From: Pseudovirgaria hyperparasitica
Lineage: Eukaryota
DNA: 64,000 nt
Direction: 5' to 3' (one strand)
NCBI GenBank assembly: GCA_010093815.1
Contig: ML996578.1
The notes below the pieces were generated by a model. The model did no database searches. It was not told where the DNA came from and saw only the letters and a program-made list of their open reading frames with translations. Positions 1-11,870 of this stretch are shown one piece after another. Both the position numbers and the translations under genes were made by a program. The stretch's first letter is position 1. Each line of letters starts with the position of its first letter.

Positions 1-3000
1 GCATTCTTTACAAGCTTGCCTGAGGCAGATCGCTACAACATCTTGAATGCCGCGCGTTTGAGAAGTCGACTTCGTATGGGATATTCGAGAGAGCAACTCG
101 ATGTCATGTTTCCGGACAGGATGGCATTCTCGAAATTTCAGATTGATCGTGTCAAGGAGCGTAATGAACTTACGCAGCGTCTCATGAACATTAATGGCAT
201 GAACGAACAAGGTATGCTTGGCGTCAATGGAACTAGCAGAGTTGCCGGTGAACGAGGTCGCGAGTATGTCTTGATCAAGAATGATGGCGTCGAAGGTGGC
301 TGGGCTTTAGGCGTCGTTAGTAGCAAGGATGATGGTCAGCGCAACAAGCCGATCGATATCGATGAGCTGGATAAGAAGGAAGCAGAGGAAGAAGAAGAGG
401 ACTGGGAAGACGATGAGGACTTCGAAGACGTTCCAATCGAGGGTCTCAATCGACTTCCGAAACAACGACCTTCTGATATTACTCTCTCGCACCAAGCCCC
501 TTCAAGAGCAGATGGACTTGCAAAGAGGAGAGCAGCACTCTATAGTTCACGTCGGCAGAGTAATTCGAGACGAGTGTCTCGCATGAATAGATCTCATCCG
601 GCAGACCCTGAGTCGCTATTTATTGCCGAAGATGCAGGTGAAGAAGACTTGGAAGTTATGAAAGCCGATCACAGCGATGACGCAGCAGAAGAGTATGACA
701 CACATGCATACAATGAAGATGAAGAATTGGAGCGTGCTATAGCTATGTCTATGCAGCAAGGAGATGATATACCTGGTCCACTAGCTAACAACATGGACAT
801 GGATGTTGATAATGATTACGAAGAAGTATTCCGCCAATCTCGCGTCGATGAAGCAAAACCCTTTACGAGAGGGAGTGGAATGTCCATTGCTCATATGGCA
901 AACGCTCGCAGCAACAAGGCCGCGGTAGCGCCTGATGTTGTGAGTGAGGACGAAGATCATATCGACTTTCAAGCTGCGCTTGCCGAGTCAAGGCGATCGA
1001 AACGAACATCGAGCCCTACCAGGCAGAAAGGCGAGAGTCATCAGGCTGCAAAGAGTCCGGTACCTCGCAAGACGGTGAATTTTCCAGGATTCGACGGACC
1101 ACTGCCCTTCGAAAAGTTGAATCTTGGAAGCTCTTTACTAGGCAAGAAGAAGATGCAAGACCTTGAAGAGGACCGTGCTGGCGGCTTCGAAAAGAAAGAT
1201 GCGGGTCCAAAGACTAAAAAAGGGGAACCATTACCACCATGGTTTGCCGGCAAGCTCGATGATGATCTAGCTGCGTCCAAAGCTCGGGAGGACGAAGAAA
1301 GAGATAAAGAATCTAAAGAACTGAGTTCCAACTTTCAATTTCAAGAGATACCCACTCTACGTAAAGAACACCCTGGTGATGTCATTGATCTCGAGGCGCC
1401 GGAGGCATCTGCCAGACAAGCGATATTCATCGACTCTTCAGATGATGATGAGCCTGAGGGTCCAAGTATGAAGGAATCTGTCACGGAAGAATCGGAAATC
1501 AAAATGGGAGATTTGGCTGACAAGGTCCGAGTCGAGCCGCCGACAATGTTGACTGCAGACGTTCGACCAGATCCTGCCTCAACGACGACTCTCAATCTTT
1601 TGGTCGAGGAAGCTGAAGAAGAACCGCTAGACTGGGAGGCAAGTGATAACGAGATATCGACGTCAAAGGGTCACATTACTCCTGCAGATGACCCCGGGGA
1701 AGTCACAACAATTCCTTATACACGGTCTCCAATCATCTCATTTGAAGATCGGATACCAGATGACGTGGAAGCTGTAAATAATCAAGTGCAGCTTGAGGAC
1801 GCCAAGTCACTGAGCCCCGATTTCGAAGACGTTCCGATGAAAGGAAGTGGCAACTTTCCTCTTACCAATGTGGCGCCTATACTTGTTGAGGGAGATGTAG
1901 CAGCCGAAAGCGGGTCTATGCCTGCAGCTGAGAACACCAATCACCAACTATTTGAGGAGATTGATGAGGAAGAAGAAGACGGAGCCCTGTACTCTGATCC
2001 TGAAGACGAGGCTCTCTTCCTCCAACTGGCAGCTGAAACTGAAGAACACGCACGATTTGTCTCAACGTTTAACAACAAAACTCAGGAACAGAACGCGCGC
2101 GACTACGATCAAGAGCTAAGGCAACTACGCAATCAGCAGAAGAAAGATCGCCGAGATGCAGATGAAGTCACGCAAACAATGATTACAGAATGTCAGCAAC
2201 TACTTGCTCTTTTCGGCTTGCCATACATTACCGCTCCTATGGAAGCTGAGGCGCAGTGCGCGGAGTTAGTCCAATTACAACTTGTGGACGGTATAGTTAC
2301 TGATGATTCCGACTGTTTCTTGTTCGGTGGTAACAGGATCTACAAAAACATGTTCAATCAGGCCAAGCATGTCCAGTGCTATCTAACTCCAGATATAACC
2401 GATGAGCTAGGTCTCGACAGAAAAAAACTAATAGCAATTGCTCAGCTACTAGGCTCAGATTACACTGAAGGTCTTCCAGGTGTTGGGCCGGTCTCAGCGC
2501 TCGAAATATTGTCAGAATTCGGCGATCTGGAGTCCTTTAAAAGATGGTGGAATAGTGTGCAAGATGGTAGCTTGCCCATCTCGGCTGAAACATCTGCATT
2601 TCGAAAGAAGTTCCGTCGCGCACAAGGCAAGAAACTGTTCCTACCCCTGTCATTCCCCGATCCTAGGGTAGAAGAGGCATATCTGAAGCCTGAAGTGGAC
2701 AAAGATCCGTCCCAGTTCCAGTGGGGTGTACCAAACCTAGAGGCACTGCGAGACTTTCTCATGGCTACGATTGGTTGGACGAGGGAGAGGACAGACGAAG
2801 TTCTCGTACCAGTCATCAAGGATATGAACCAAAGAGAGACTGAGGGTACCCAAGCAAATATCACATCGTTCTTTGAAGGCGGTGTTGGCGCCGGATCTTT
2901 CGCACCCCGAGTACGGGAAGGTGGAACTAGTGCGCGAATGGCGAATGCGCTGAGTCGAATTCGTAACCAAGCCAAAGATGGCACAGCCGGGAACACTCGC

Positions 3001-3186
3001 TTAGATGTCGCTGAAGAAGCTGGAGAAGCGAAGCAAACGAAAGACAGAAAGACAGCTACCAAGCGCAAAGCTAGAACTTCTGATTCGAAAGCCAAAGAGA
3101 CCCGCACATCAGAATCCGCATCAGAGGGCAATGGCGAAATGCAGCCCAAGAAGAAGCCCAAGAGAAGATCGAAGGCCCCGGGATAG
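1..3186 (+). CDS. RAD2: RAD2/XPG-family nucleotide-excision-repair endonuclease, 5' end outside window
   Basis: 1056-aa open frame with XPG-I motifs (APMEAEAQCAEL, VTDDSDCFLFG), H3TH (LLGSDYTEGLPGVGPVSALEIL), UIM-like EDEELERAIAMSM, PIP-box-like QANITSFF and a basic C-terminal NLS. The XPG-N domain is absent, so the gene starts upstream. Stop TAG 3184-3186. Confidence 0.95.
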   Translation, partial: AFFTSLPEADRYNILNAARLRSRLRMGYSREQLDVMFPDRMAFSKFQIDRVKERNELTQRLMNINGMNEQGMLGVNGTSRVAGERGREYVLIKNDGVEGGWALGVVSSKDDGQRNKPIDIDELDKKEAEEEEEDWEDDEDFEDVPIEGLNRLPKQRPSDITLSHQAPSRADGLAKRRAALYSSRRQSNSRRVSRMNRSHPADPESLFIAEDAGEEDLEVMKADHSDDAAEEYDTHAYNEDEELERAIAMSMQQGDDIPGPLANNMDMDVDNDYEEVFRQSRVDEAKPFTRGSGMSIAHMANARSNKAAVAPDVVSEDEDHIDFQAALAESRRSKRTSSPTRQKGESHQAAKSPVPRKTVNFPGFDGPLPFEKLNLGSSLLGKKKMQDLEEDRAGGFEKKDAGPKTKKGEPLPPWFAGKLDDDLAASKAREDEERDKESKELSSNFQFQEIPTLRKEHPGDVIDLEAPEASARQAIFIDSSDDDEPEGPSMKESVTEESEIKMGDLADKVRVEPPTMLTADVRPDPASTTTLNLLVEEAEEEPLDWEASDNEISTSKGHITPADDPGEVTTIPYTRSPIISFEDRIPDDVEAVNNQVQLEDAKSLSPDFEDVPMKGSGNFPLTNVAPILVEGDVAAESGSMPAAENTNHQLFEEIDEEEEDGALYSDPEDEALFLQLAAETEEHARFVSTFNNKTQEQNARDYDQELRQLRNQQKKDRRDADEVTQTMITECQQLLALFGLPYITAPMEAEAQCAELVQLQLVDGIVTDDSDCFLFGGNRIYKNMFNQAKHVQCYLTPDITDELGLDRKKLIAIAQLLGSDYTEGLPGVGPVSALEILSEFGDLESFKRWWNSVQDGSLPISAETSAFRKKFRRAQGKKLFLPLSFPDPRVEEAYLKPEVDKDPSQFQWGVPNLEALRDFLMATIGWTRERTDEVLVPVIKDMNQRETEGTQANITSFFEGGVGAGSFAPRVREGGTSARMANALSRIRNQAKDGTAGNTRLDVAEEAGEAKQTKDRKTATKRKARTSDSKAKETRTSESASEGNGEMQPKKKPKRRSKAPG

Positions 3187-4550
3187 TAAATATGAAAACA
3201 GTGACAACGCTGTTTTCATATTATTCGACCCAAGGCGCTCGAATTCCGGGTAAAACAGTTTGCCCAAGGTTGGCATCCTGTTGCTCAATGCGGATTGGCA
3301 TCCTCATCTCCATCGTCTAGATGTTAACATCCATCCGACTAGTAGCATGTGTACTTGGCGAATGCGCAAGAAGATCTCACTGCGATCAGGGACGATTGCT
3401 CTGATACCTGTTGCCTGTGAGATATTGCCACAGTCTTCCCACGGGTTTTGTCGAAAGCAAGAGAAGATTCATAAGAATGTCTTCTCCTACTCGCAGCCCG
3501 TAAGTAGATTACTGTATCGCGTGTTCGCTCACTGCCGACACAACTCAAGTCAGTGCGCGGCCAACATGCCCGTTGGCAGTACAATATTGGCCTCGACAGA
3601 CGCGAGTCGTCACTTTACTGAAAGAAGTCAACACGTTTTTTGCATGTTGCAGAAATTTTGAGTGTCTAGCCACCGTGACGAACGATTACCTCCTCTGAAG
3701 GTGGACCGTTTGCGGCAGCATAGTCGTTCATCTGGTAGTCTTCGTCGCCATCGATTGGAAATGAATGTAGGCTTCTAGCGAGGCTCGACAATGAATCTTC
3801 ATGCCTGTGCCTGTCGAAATTCAACTCACTATATGCATGAATGAACGAATGAATGAATGAAGAATTTCTCTCATCGGCACATGTACGTGCAGGTGGGTTC
3901 CCGCTTGGTCCTCGGATGTGTTTTGCCATAGCTGGCAACGGCTTGACGACTCCGTGAGAGGTATGCTTCCAATTGATTCCACCCGAATGTGATCCAGGTT
4001 AGAACGAGATTGCGAGACTCATATAACTATCCTCAATGAAATCGAACCTGGACCCTGGTATGTTGACGTGTGCATCCAATTCTGCTAAATCCATAGAGCC
4101 ATTTTTGTGGTTCCCTATGATCATAACAGCCAGAGCCAGACGGCTTTACCAATTGGAGCAACGGCAACAATGTTGATATAAAAACTGTCTAGCATGGACT
4201 AATAGGTATCTTCCACCGTAAACCTAGTAAAACCAATTTATGCCTCAGGCTCCATGCCCAGGCGATGTGATGTCAATGACGGCCCGAGCTCCAATGCCGC
4301 ATCCATGGAGCTGTGGGCCCCGCAAGTGTTGAATAAGCAATAAGCGTATTCACATTCACATTCCTCGTCTGGTGCACAGAGCAGTATTCATCATTGGATT
4401 TTCCTGTTGGACCTGTGGCCATATTACGCTTGAATCTACCGATTCGTCAGGATCTGTGAAGCGATACCCAAGTTCAAGCTCTCAGGCTTTGTACTCGCCT
4501 TTGCTCCCATCGTCTCATTGGTTTATCTTTGGACCTCTCCTTCGCCCATA

Positions 4551-6298
4551 ATGAAGTCTGTACTCTCACTTGTATCCCGACCAGCCTTCAAGTCGTATAC
4601 ACAGACAGCTCACCTTCCCGGAAGAATTTCCAGAGTCTATACGACGGCACATAGCGTCCCTCCAGTAGGCAATCGTCGCGATACGTCCACCATACGCTGA
4701 CTGGACTCCGACAGCTCAACGACAAATCTCTTTTCCGTAATCAAGCTTATATCAATGGAAATTGGGTGAACGCAAAGTCGGGGAAGACCTTCGAGGTCAC
4801 TGGTAAGAATACAAATGGATTGTGGAAAGAAGGAACCTAAACAACCGCGTGTGCAGACCCTGGCAGTGGCAAAGTCATCGATACCATGCCAGAGATGGAT
4901 AAAGAAGACGCTGAGCTCGCTATTCAAGCTGCATCCGACGCCCTACCAGCTTTTAAGAAGCTCACGGGTCGACAAAGAGGTCGAATGTTGAACAAATGGT
5001 ATCAATTAATGATGGAGAATGCCGACGACCTTGCGAAGCTTATAACGTGGGAGAATGGGAAGCCATTGGCTGACGCCAAAGGTGAAGTTTCGTATGCGGC
5101 GTCATTCTATGAGTGGTTTGGTGAAGAAGCTCCACGCATATACGGAGACACCATACCTTCCACTGCTGCTGGAAATAGAATCATCACGATAAAAGAGCCG
5201 GTAGGAGTCTGTGGGTTGATAACTCCGTGAGAATGACTACATTATAAATGTAGGCTATGCTCTGCTAATCCGCATAGATGGAATTTCCCCGCGGCTATGA
5301 TTACTAGGAAGATTGGTCCTGCGCTGGCCGCAGGGTGTACTGTTGTTGCGAAGTCTCCTGGCGAGACACCTTATACAGCTGCGGCTCTTGTAGTCTTGGC
5401 CGAACGCGCTGGCATTCCGAAGGGGGTCATCAACGTTATCACTGCGTTAAACAACACTCCAGAGATTGGTGAGGCTATCACGTCCTCTTCAGCCGTGCGT
5501 AAAGTGTCATTCACTGGCAGCACCCGTGTTGGCAAGCTTCTCATGAAGCAATCGTCAGAAACCCTCAAGAAGCTTTCATTCGAACTAGGTGGTAACGCCC
5601 CTTTTATCGTCTTTGACGATGCAGATTTAGAAGCCGCAGTCGCTGGAGCCATTGCAAGCAAGTTCCGTTCCTCAGGCCAGACTTGTGTTTGTGCCAATCG
5701 TATTTACGTTCAACGAGGCATCTATGAAGAATTTGTCGAGGCATTCGCCGAGAAGGTTAGGAGTTTCAAAGTAGGTGGTGGATATGAAGAAGGCGTCACG
5801 CATGGTCCCCTGATCCACGACCGCGCCGTTGAGAAAGTCGAATCTCACGTCCAAGACGCCTTGAAACATGGCGGTAAGGTCTTAATCGGGGGACAAAAGC
5901 TGCCAGACCTAGGTGCCAATTACTTCCAACCTACTGTCATCCGCGATTCGACGGCCGACATGCTCATTGCTAGCGAAGAGACTTTCGGGCCCGTTGCTGC
6001 ACTGTTCCCATTTGAGACTGAAGCAGAGGTCATCGAGTTAGCCAACAAGGCAGAAGTCGGCCTAGCTGGATACTTCTTCAGCAACGACGTCCAGCGATGT
6101 TTCCGCGTCGCGGAGGCCATAGAAGTCGGCATGATCGGTATCAACACCGGACTCATCAGCGACCCTGCTTCGCCGTTTGGCGGCGTCAAAGAGAGCGGAT
6201 TCGGTCGCGAAGGCAGCAAGTACGGGATTGATGAGTATATGATCACCAAAACGTTAACTTTTGGTGGCATGGGTCTGCCATTGCAAGGGTCTAAGTAG
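4551..6298 (+). CDS. UGA2: Succinate-semialdehyde dehydrogenase (ALDH5), probably mitochondrial; 4 exons
   Basis: Introns 4665-4714, 4803-4856 and 5227-5277 restore a continuous frame. ALDH motifs: ITPWNFP, SFTGST, FELGGNAP, FRSSGQTCVC, EETFGP, PFGGVKESGFGREGSKYG. The Ser/Arg-rich N-terminus resembles a presequence. Confidence 0.93.
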
Positions 6299-6596
6299 AC
6301 ACGTTTGTATATGGTAATAGTGTCAGACATGATTGGTCACTATGAGCGAAGCATGAATAGCGCGCGACGAAACCTGAACAAGCAAACCAAGCATTACACT
6401 TACGCAACGCCGAGCGTAGGGCGAGCCCCGGATCTGCAGAGCTACTGCAGAGCAAGCAGTCTCCTTAATTGCATCATCAACTTCCCGTTCTCGCATTCAA
6501 AGAGGGCTCAGAAATTACCTAGCCCGCCTGAACGTAAAGAAAAAGACAGACATGAGATGCGTACATGCAGGTGAATTTGTTTATGTTATTATGATA

Positions 6597-7814
6597 TCAT
6601 ACCTTCTCACCATCGCTGTCGACCTTTGTTCTCTCTGCATACGTCTTAGCATATGGACTGTGATCACTCAGCTCCTGCCCCAGTCCGCTTTGCAAGCCAC
6701 TCCCGCTACCACCCGTCGCCATACTCTTCACATCCGCATTGCCGTTCACGGTATCTGCTACGGGCGTTGCCGCACCGCTATCTCCAGACGTCTTGCCACT
6801 GCTCGTATCTCTACTTTCCAGCACCTGTCTCGGTTCATTGTCCACCCTCGCACTTCGCATTGGCCCTCCAACTTCCATGGCTGTGTCAAGCGGATCGTTC
6901 CCAAACGAGAGCGATACGGCGACTTCGCCAGTGAGGTATAGGTACCAGTATGCGGTTGCGATGAAGAAGCCTCCACCAACAATGTTGCCAAGTGCTGTTG
7001 GGATCATTGATTTCCAGATGTAGTATGACACAGATATTGGTGCGCCCGCCCAGATTCCTCTATATCATGTAATTAGTGATATACCGAATAGACAGATGAA
7101 TACGGCCTACGTCGGTATAAAGAACATATTTGCAACGACGTGATCGAGCGCCAGCCCAACGAAACATGCACATGGCCACCATATCGCCAGTATCTTACTT
7201 GCAATCTCGCGACTACTAATACTCGTAAATACGGCAAAACAGACAAGCCAGTTCGCGCCTATCGCACGTAGGAAGATCTGATGCCAGCCTGGGTTGACCG
7301 CCTTCTGCGTCGCCAATCGAATCGCTGCGTCGGTGTACGCTTGGGACTCCTCGAAGACGCCGCCATAGCCAGTGATGACGGTCACGAAGAATAAGGTACC
7401 GGCGAGGTTGCCGAAGAACGAGACAAACCAGTTTATTGCGAGGTCTTTGAGGGTGATCCGCCGATGGAGCAGAGCTGTCGTCATGAACATGATGTTGCTG
7501 GTGAATAAGTCGCTACCGCTGAGAACGATCATGATCAGGGCGACAGGGAACACGAAGCCACCCAGTGTGCGGATAAGGCCTGGGGCATTCTCCTGATACC
7601 AGGGAGCGGCGTTGGTTGAAAGGAGCCATGCCCTAGAATATTCCAAAAATTAGTCCTAAATGATGAAGGAACACCCATGTACTGACCCTCCAAAGCCGAC
7701 AAACGGACCTGTAGCTACGCTATTGAAGAACAGCTTGTCGAGCCGCATATGAGCTTTCTTAGTTCCTATTCTCGAGACCAACTCGATCGTCTGCTGCGGA
7801 GTGAAAGCGTCCAT
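6597..7814 (-). CDS. Formate/nitrite transporter (FNT) family protein; 3 exons
   Basis: Introns 7633-7686 and 7060-7110. FNT motifs: VFPVALIMIVLSGSDLFTSN, FFGNLAG, RAIGANWLVC, DHVVANMFFIP, PTALGNIVGG. An in-frame upstream ATG at 7898 is an alternative start. Confidence 0.92.
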
Positions 7815-8538
7815 GGCTAAGATAGGGCACTGTAACGGACTAGAAATGTTCGTAGACAGGTACACGGAGGACTTGATAATAGAGAGCACGAGGAACATTG
7901 TAGCAGATAACGCATGTTTAGTACTTTGGGAGCGCCGAGGAGATGCAACACTTAGCCTTAGATATGCCGCCTGTTTCATCGGCGCCGTCTCAGGGACGGC
8001 ATGCTATAGTAGTAGACACTGGAGCCATGCAGACCCATCAATCGCTAGTAGCACATCGATCTTCCGACTGCCGGATAGTGGTACGGGAATGTTCGAGGTG
8101 TAGAGTGCTGATGACGTGCGTATCGATACTGTTATCTGATCGTCATGGTATTTTGATATGACAAATTGTACCGTGGATCAAAACCCTGAGGGACCACAGG
8201 ACATCATTGATCCTTACGACTACTTGAGAGATAGAATCAGTCAACATGAAGATATACCCAAGTAGGAGATCTCGATTATCTGATGTGAGACTTAAACGAT
8301 ACGACTGTGAGGGTTATAATACGGTCCAGATAAGCTTCAGGCCGAGGGGCGCGCGGCATCGGCAGTACGGCGCACCGTTCCTATCAGAAGCGCCATTTGA
8401 TATAGACCAGAAAAAGGGTCCAGCAAGGTAAATTATGTCATAATTTTCCACCCCGCCTGCAAGTAAAAGTTCGACGACATCTGCTAAGCAAAAAACTACT
8501 ATAACGCGCCCACCGTAACATAGCACGAAATCGCCATC

Positions 8539-9208
8539 ATGGAACTTACCGAAGAGCAGAAGGGAAATTTTGAAGATGTGAGCACCCATATGCACGTCCA
8601 ATACCGCGAAACTAATTGTGACATACCATAGATCGAGAAGCAGTTCGCCGTCAAAGGTACGAGCACTACTTCACACCTCCTCTCGACTAGTACCCTCTGA
8701 CGCGAAGGTTCCAGTTGTTCAGCATATGTCAACGTACTGGGGCATTCTCGAGAAAGTCCGTGGCTCGAAGCTTAAGCTCACAAAGATCGACGACGAAATT
8801 TACGAGCATTTCAAGCAAGAATTCCCTGAGTTCGATCCGACGGCAACGATAAATGAGGATGATATGAAAAGCAAAGCCGGCAAGGAGAAATGGCGCAACT
8901 TCATCATGCAATACGAGAAGAAGGTGGATGACTTCAACTTTGGCACGATGCTGCGGGCGAATCCGAAGTTTGACTATGGGGAGAAGGAGACCATATTCGG
9001 TGCGTATATATCTTCTGTGAAGTGACGCGGATAGCTGATAATAGTCTCAAGCTGTACGAATGCAGTTCTACGCGGTAGAGATTGTTCGGTATTAGATTTG
9101 CGCTCCCAATGTTTAATACTGACGCTGACCAACGGTTGTAGCAACAAAGAAGGTTTAAACGACTGGATATACGAGAAAAATCACCCAGATGAAGCCAAAT
9201 CTTCATGA
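8539..9208 (+). CDS. PBDC1/YPL225W-like protein (polysaccharide-biosynthesis-domain family; eEF1A chaperone in yeast); 5 exons
   Basis: Introns 8578-8631, 8657-8714, 9000-9051 and 9089-9141 give MELTEEQKGNFEDIEKQFAVKVVQHMSTYW...LKLTKIDDEIYEHF...KEKWRNF...DFNFGTMLR...AVRMQFYAVEIVRNKEGLNDW, which is typical of this family. Confidence 0.9.
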
Positions 9209-9639
9209 ACAGGTTACAGGAGGTACTATCAGATCGGTGGCGAGGATTTCATGAGTATTCTCTTCTTGACTGAGAGAATTTTCATATGACCCGCACCAGC
9301 TGTCCCCCTACACAGAAGCCAACGGCATTGATGAATAATTTGCTTTAGCGTATCAAGCTGCTCAGGGATCCGCTTGAGGCTCACGAACGCTCACGTTGCG
9401 TGATGGAGGAATCTCGCGAATAGTAGACTCATAGATAATAGCCAGGTATCACACAGTGCAGAGGTGCCAAATGGAATCAAATGAGGACTCTCTGCGCCCC
9501 TATTTCACTGGGAAACTATAAGCTTTGCACAGAGATACATCCACTCTAACCAGCGTAGGAAGTCGCTTCGAGCTCTGATGGCTACACAATATGCAGCTGC
9601 TTTGTCCATACTTATCATTCGTCTTTCAGTATCCCACAA

Positions 9640-10020
9640 GCATGTGCTCTGTAGTTATTAGCAGAGAATCATGTGGAGTTCTGTTGGATACGCGATTTTT
9701 GACTATGATGTCGGCGTCAATCTGCACGTGTGTCCAGTCCCTCAATAATTAGTGTCAGTCATAAGGACAGCTCATTCGCTTCAGTCCCTAGTGGAGCTGC
9801 GGGTTCATCATTTCAAGCTACCGATCAAGGATTACTATGTTTCCAGGCATAAATATATTCAGCGCTATCAAGACAGAGGAATTGCGAAACCGTCTGTTTA
9901 ATATCGCCAAATTAGTACTTTCCTTAAACAAGATCTCCGAAAACTTCATCCAGCTCAATTACTCTAGCATCTCGAGGATCACAGTTTATGAGATTGTTCT
10001 GCTAGGAAACAAGGACTGAC
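9640..10020 (+). pseudogene. Degenerate coding relic with weak resemblance to fungal DUF3723 proteins
   Basis: Fragments in shifting frames (Y*QRIMWSSV; SLVELRV; IFSAIKTEELRNRLFNIAKLVLSLNKISENFIQL) occur in the order I recall for DUF3723. Recognition is from memory only. Confidence 0.25.
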
Positions 10021-10293
10021 ATTGGGTTCCACAATGAAACCTCTTGGACTATCCACTCTATCGCGACGACTCCAAGTCCATGATAGGTCGAATCTACGAA
10101 TTCATGTAACGGGCATTTGTAGAATCAACACTGTCAAGGACTGGAGTCTCGTGAACATGTATTTTGACGTCAATGGTTACTACCAAATTAAGGAGCAATA
10201 CAAGTTTTTTCAAGTATTTGGGGTGCGGAAGACAGTCAACTAACTGCTATCTTTGTGTCTCCCTACTACAGCGTAGTTTCTTTGAAGCGCTGA

Positions 10294-10532
10294 GATCATA
10301 GATCTTACAGTGCATATCGACGAATCAGTGCTCTTCTCTAGCTAGAACCTTCGGATCTTCTCCCTGATATGAATAGACACATACCTTTAGTAATGTTACT
10401 ACTCCAGATCTCATAGTGTATATCGATGACTATGTGCTATTCTTAAGGTAGGACCTCCGGATCTCCTACTTGATATAATGAAACACATACCTTTGCTACT
10501 ATAACTATTCCAGATCTTATGGTTCATATCAA
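10294..10532. repeat. Diverged tandem repeat, 106-bp period, ~2.3 copies
   Basis: The AGATCT..TATCRA motif ends at 10320, 10426 and 10532. ACACATACCTTT and CGGATCT blocks recur at about the same spacing. Confidence 0.8.
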
Positions 10533-10797
10533 GGTTTAGCTGCTCCTTCCTAGTCGGAATCTCCACATCGTGCTTTAGATTCCAGCTTCTCATTGTTCAA
10601 ACATATCTTATTCAGAAAATTATCTGTTGGCAATGCGAATCTTTGACTGCTCAGTGCATTTTGTGTCTCATTTGCTTCCCTCCTCATCAACTATACGGCA
10701 TATAGCCATCTGCCTAACCCAGTGCCTTTCTATGATACATTTTTCTAGCTGCTCTAGCAGCCTCCGAAACCATGCTGGAGGCATCTCGCTACAGCTT

Positions 10798-11454
10798 TCA
10801 TCCTTTATAGAGTCTCAGATATCCCAGAGCCGCAGTGAGCTCTAGCTCTTCCTCCTCCTTTCTCTCAATCCAAGGCTGTAGCTGGTTAAACAGCTTCTCC
10901 GTCACGAACCCCAGACCCGGCCTGGTGAAGTGTAGTTTGTCGATGTGTATGAAGATCGGGCGGATCTCTGCTGCAAAATCTCTGTCCAATGTTCCATCTA
11001 TATCTAGAATGGTGATCTAGGAGATTAGTGGTCTGTTAGAAGGTCCAACCTGCTTCAAGACTTGTTGGAGTTCCACGATGTTCTCGAAGACAAATTAACC
11101 TTTATAGAGGAAGGAGGAGGCTTCGTAGTGGATTTGATGACAAGTTTGTAGGAAGCCTGCCGCCATCCACTCTCTCATCGCTGTGCTGTTCTAGAGTCCA
11201 TTTGAAGCTGAAGTCGCTTTTGTCTTAATATAGAGGCCTCTGAAGTTCTTAATCTTTCGAGATGAAGCTATGCGGCGGAATATTATTCGATGACGTGGAA
11301 CTAGTGCATACTCGTAGATACGATTTCTCACTTCTCCTGGAAGTTTGAGAAAGGGGAATTGCTGGGATGGCTTGACAAGCTTTGTTTCAGGCTTGACCGT
11401 GAAGGGGATATCAAATCGCGTAAGAGTGTTCTCGACTTGGGACACTGACGACAT
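10798..11454 (-). pseudogene. Pseudogene of a fungal 'FLxLPxEIRNxIY' (F-box-like/DUF7730-type) protein
   Basis: ATG 11454. FPFLKLPGEVRNRIYEYAL, then in the same frame GFLQTCHQIHYEASSFLYK, interrupted by TAG (11191-3), TAA (11095-7) and TAG (11017-9) without frameshift. Confidence 0.8.
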
Positions 11455-11870
11455 TGTGTATCGATGTTTCTCCGTTGAAATGTCGCAGTTCTCCTTTCAG
11501 GGAGCTAGACAATAGACAGTCTGCTGTGTAATATGTGAAAATAGTTTCAAGACTTCGCTTGACAGTCTTGGGCACAATGAGGATCTGATAGTTGTGCTTG
11601 TAGAAACCAGCTCTCGGGTAAACAGAACGTGTAAGAGCTGCCTGAAGATCTTTGCTGCCGCAAATGGCCTGTTTACATTCACCAAGGGGCCCTGAGTGAC
11701 CGACTTGCCGACATCCAATAGCTATTTAAGCAGAGTTTTTCTTCACTTCCTTCTTACACTCTTTGCTACATGCCAAAGACTCAACTTGCGTGCACATCTT
11801 CAGCTTTCAAAACCTACACTCCCTTTAAAGACCATTCATTGTCAATCATTCCAGATCTATCATATCCACG

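Noticed and set aside
6296..6360. Stop-codon readthrough giving a peroxisomal extension of SSADH
   Set aside because: The stop context TAG ACA is not a readthrough motif, and no short PTS1-terminated extension follows.
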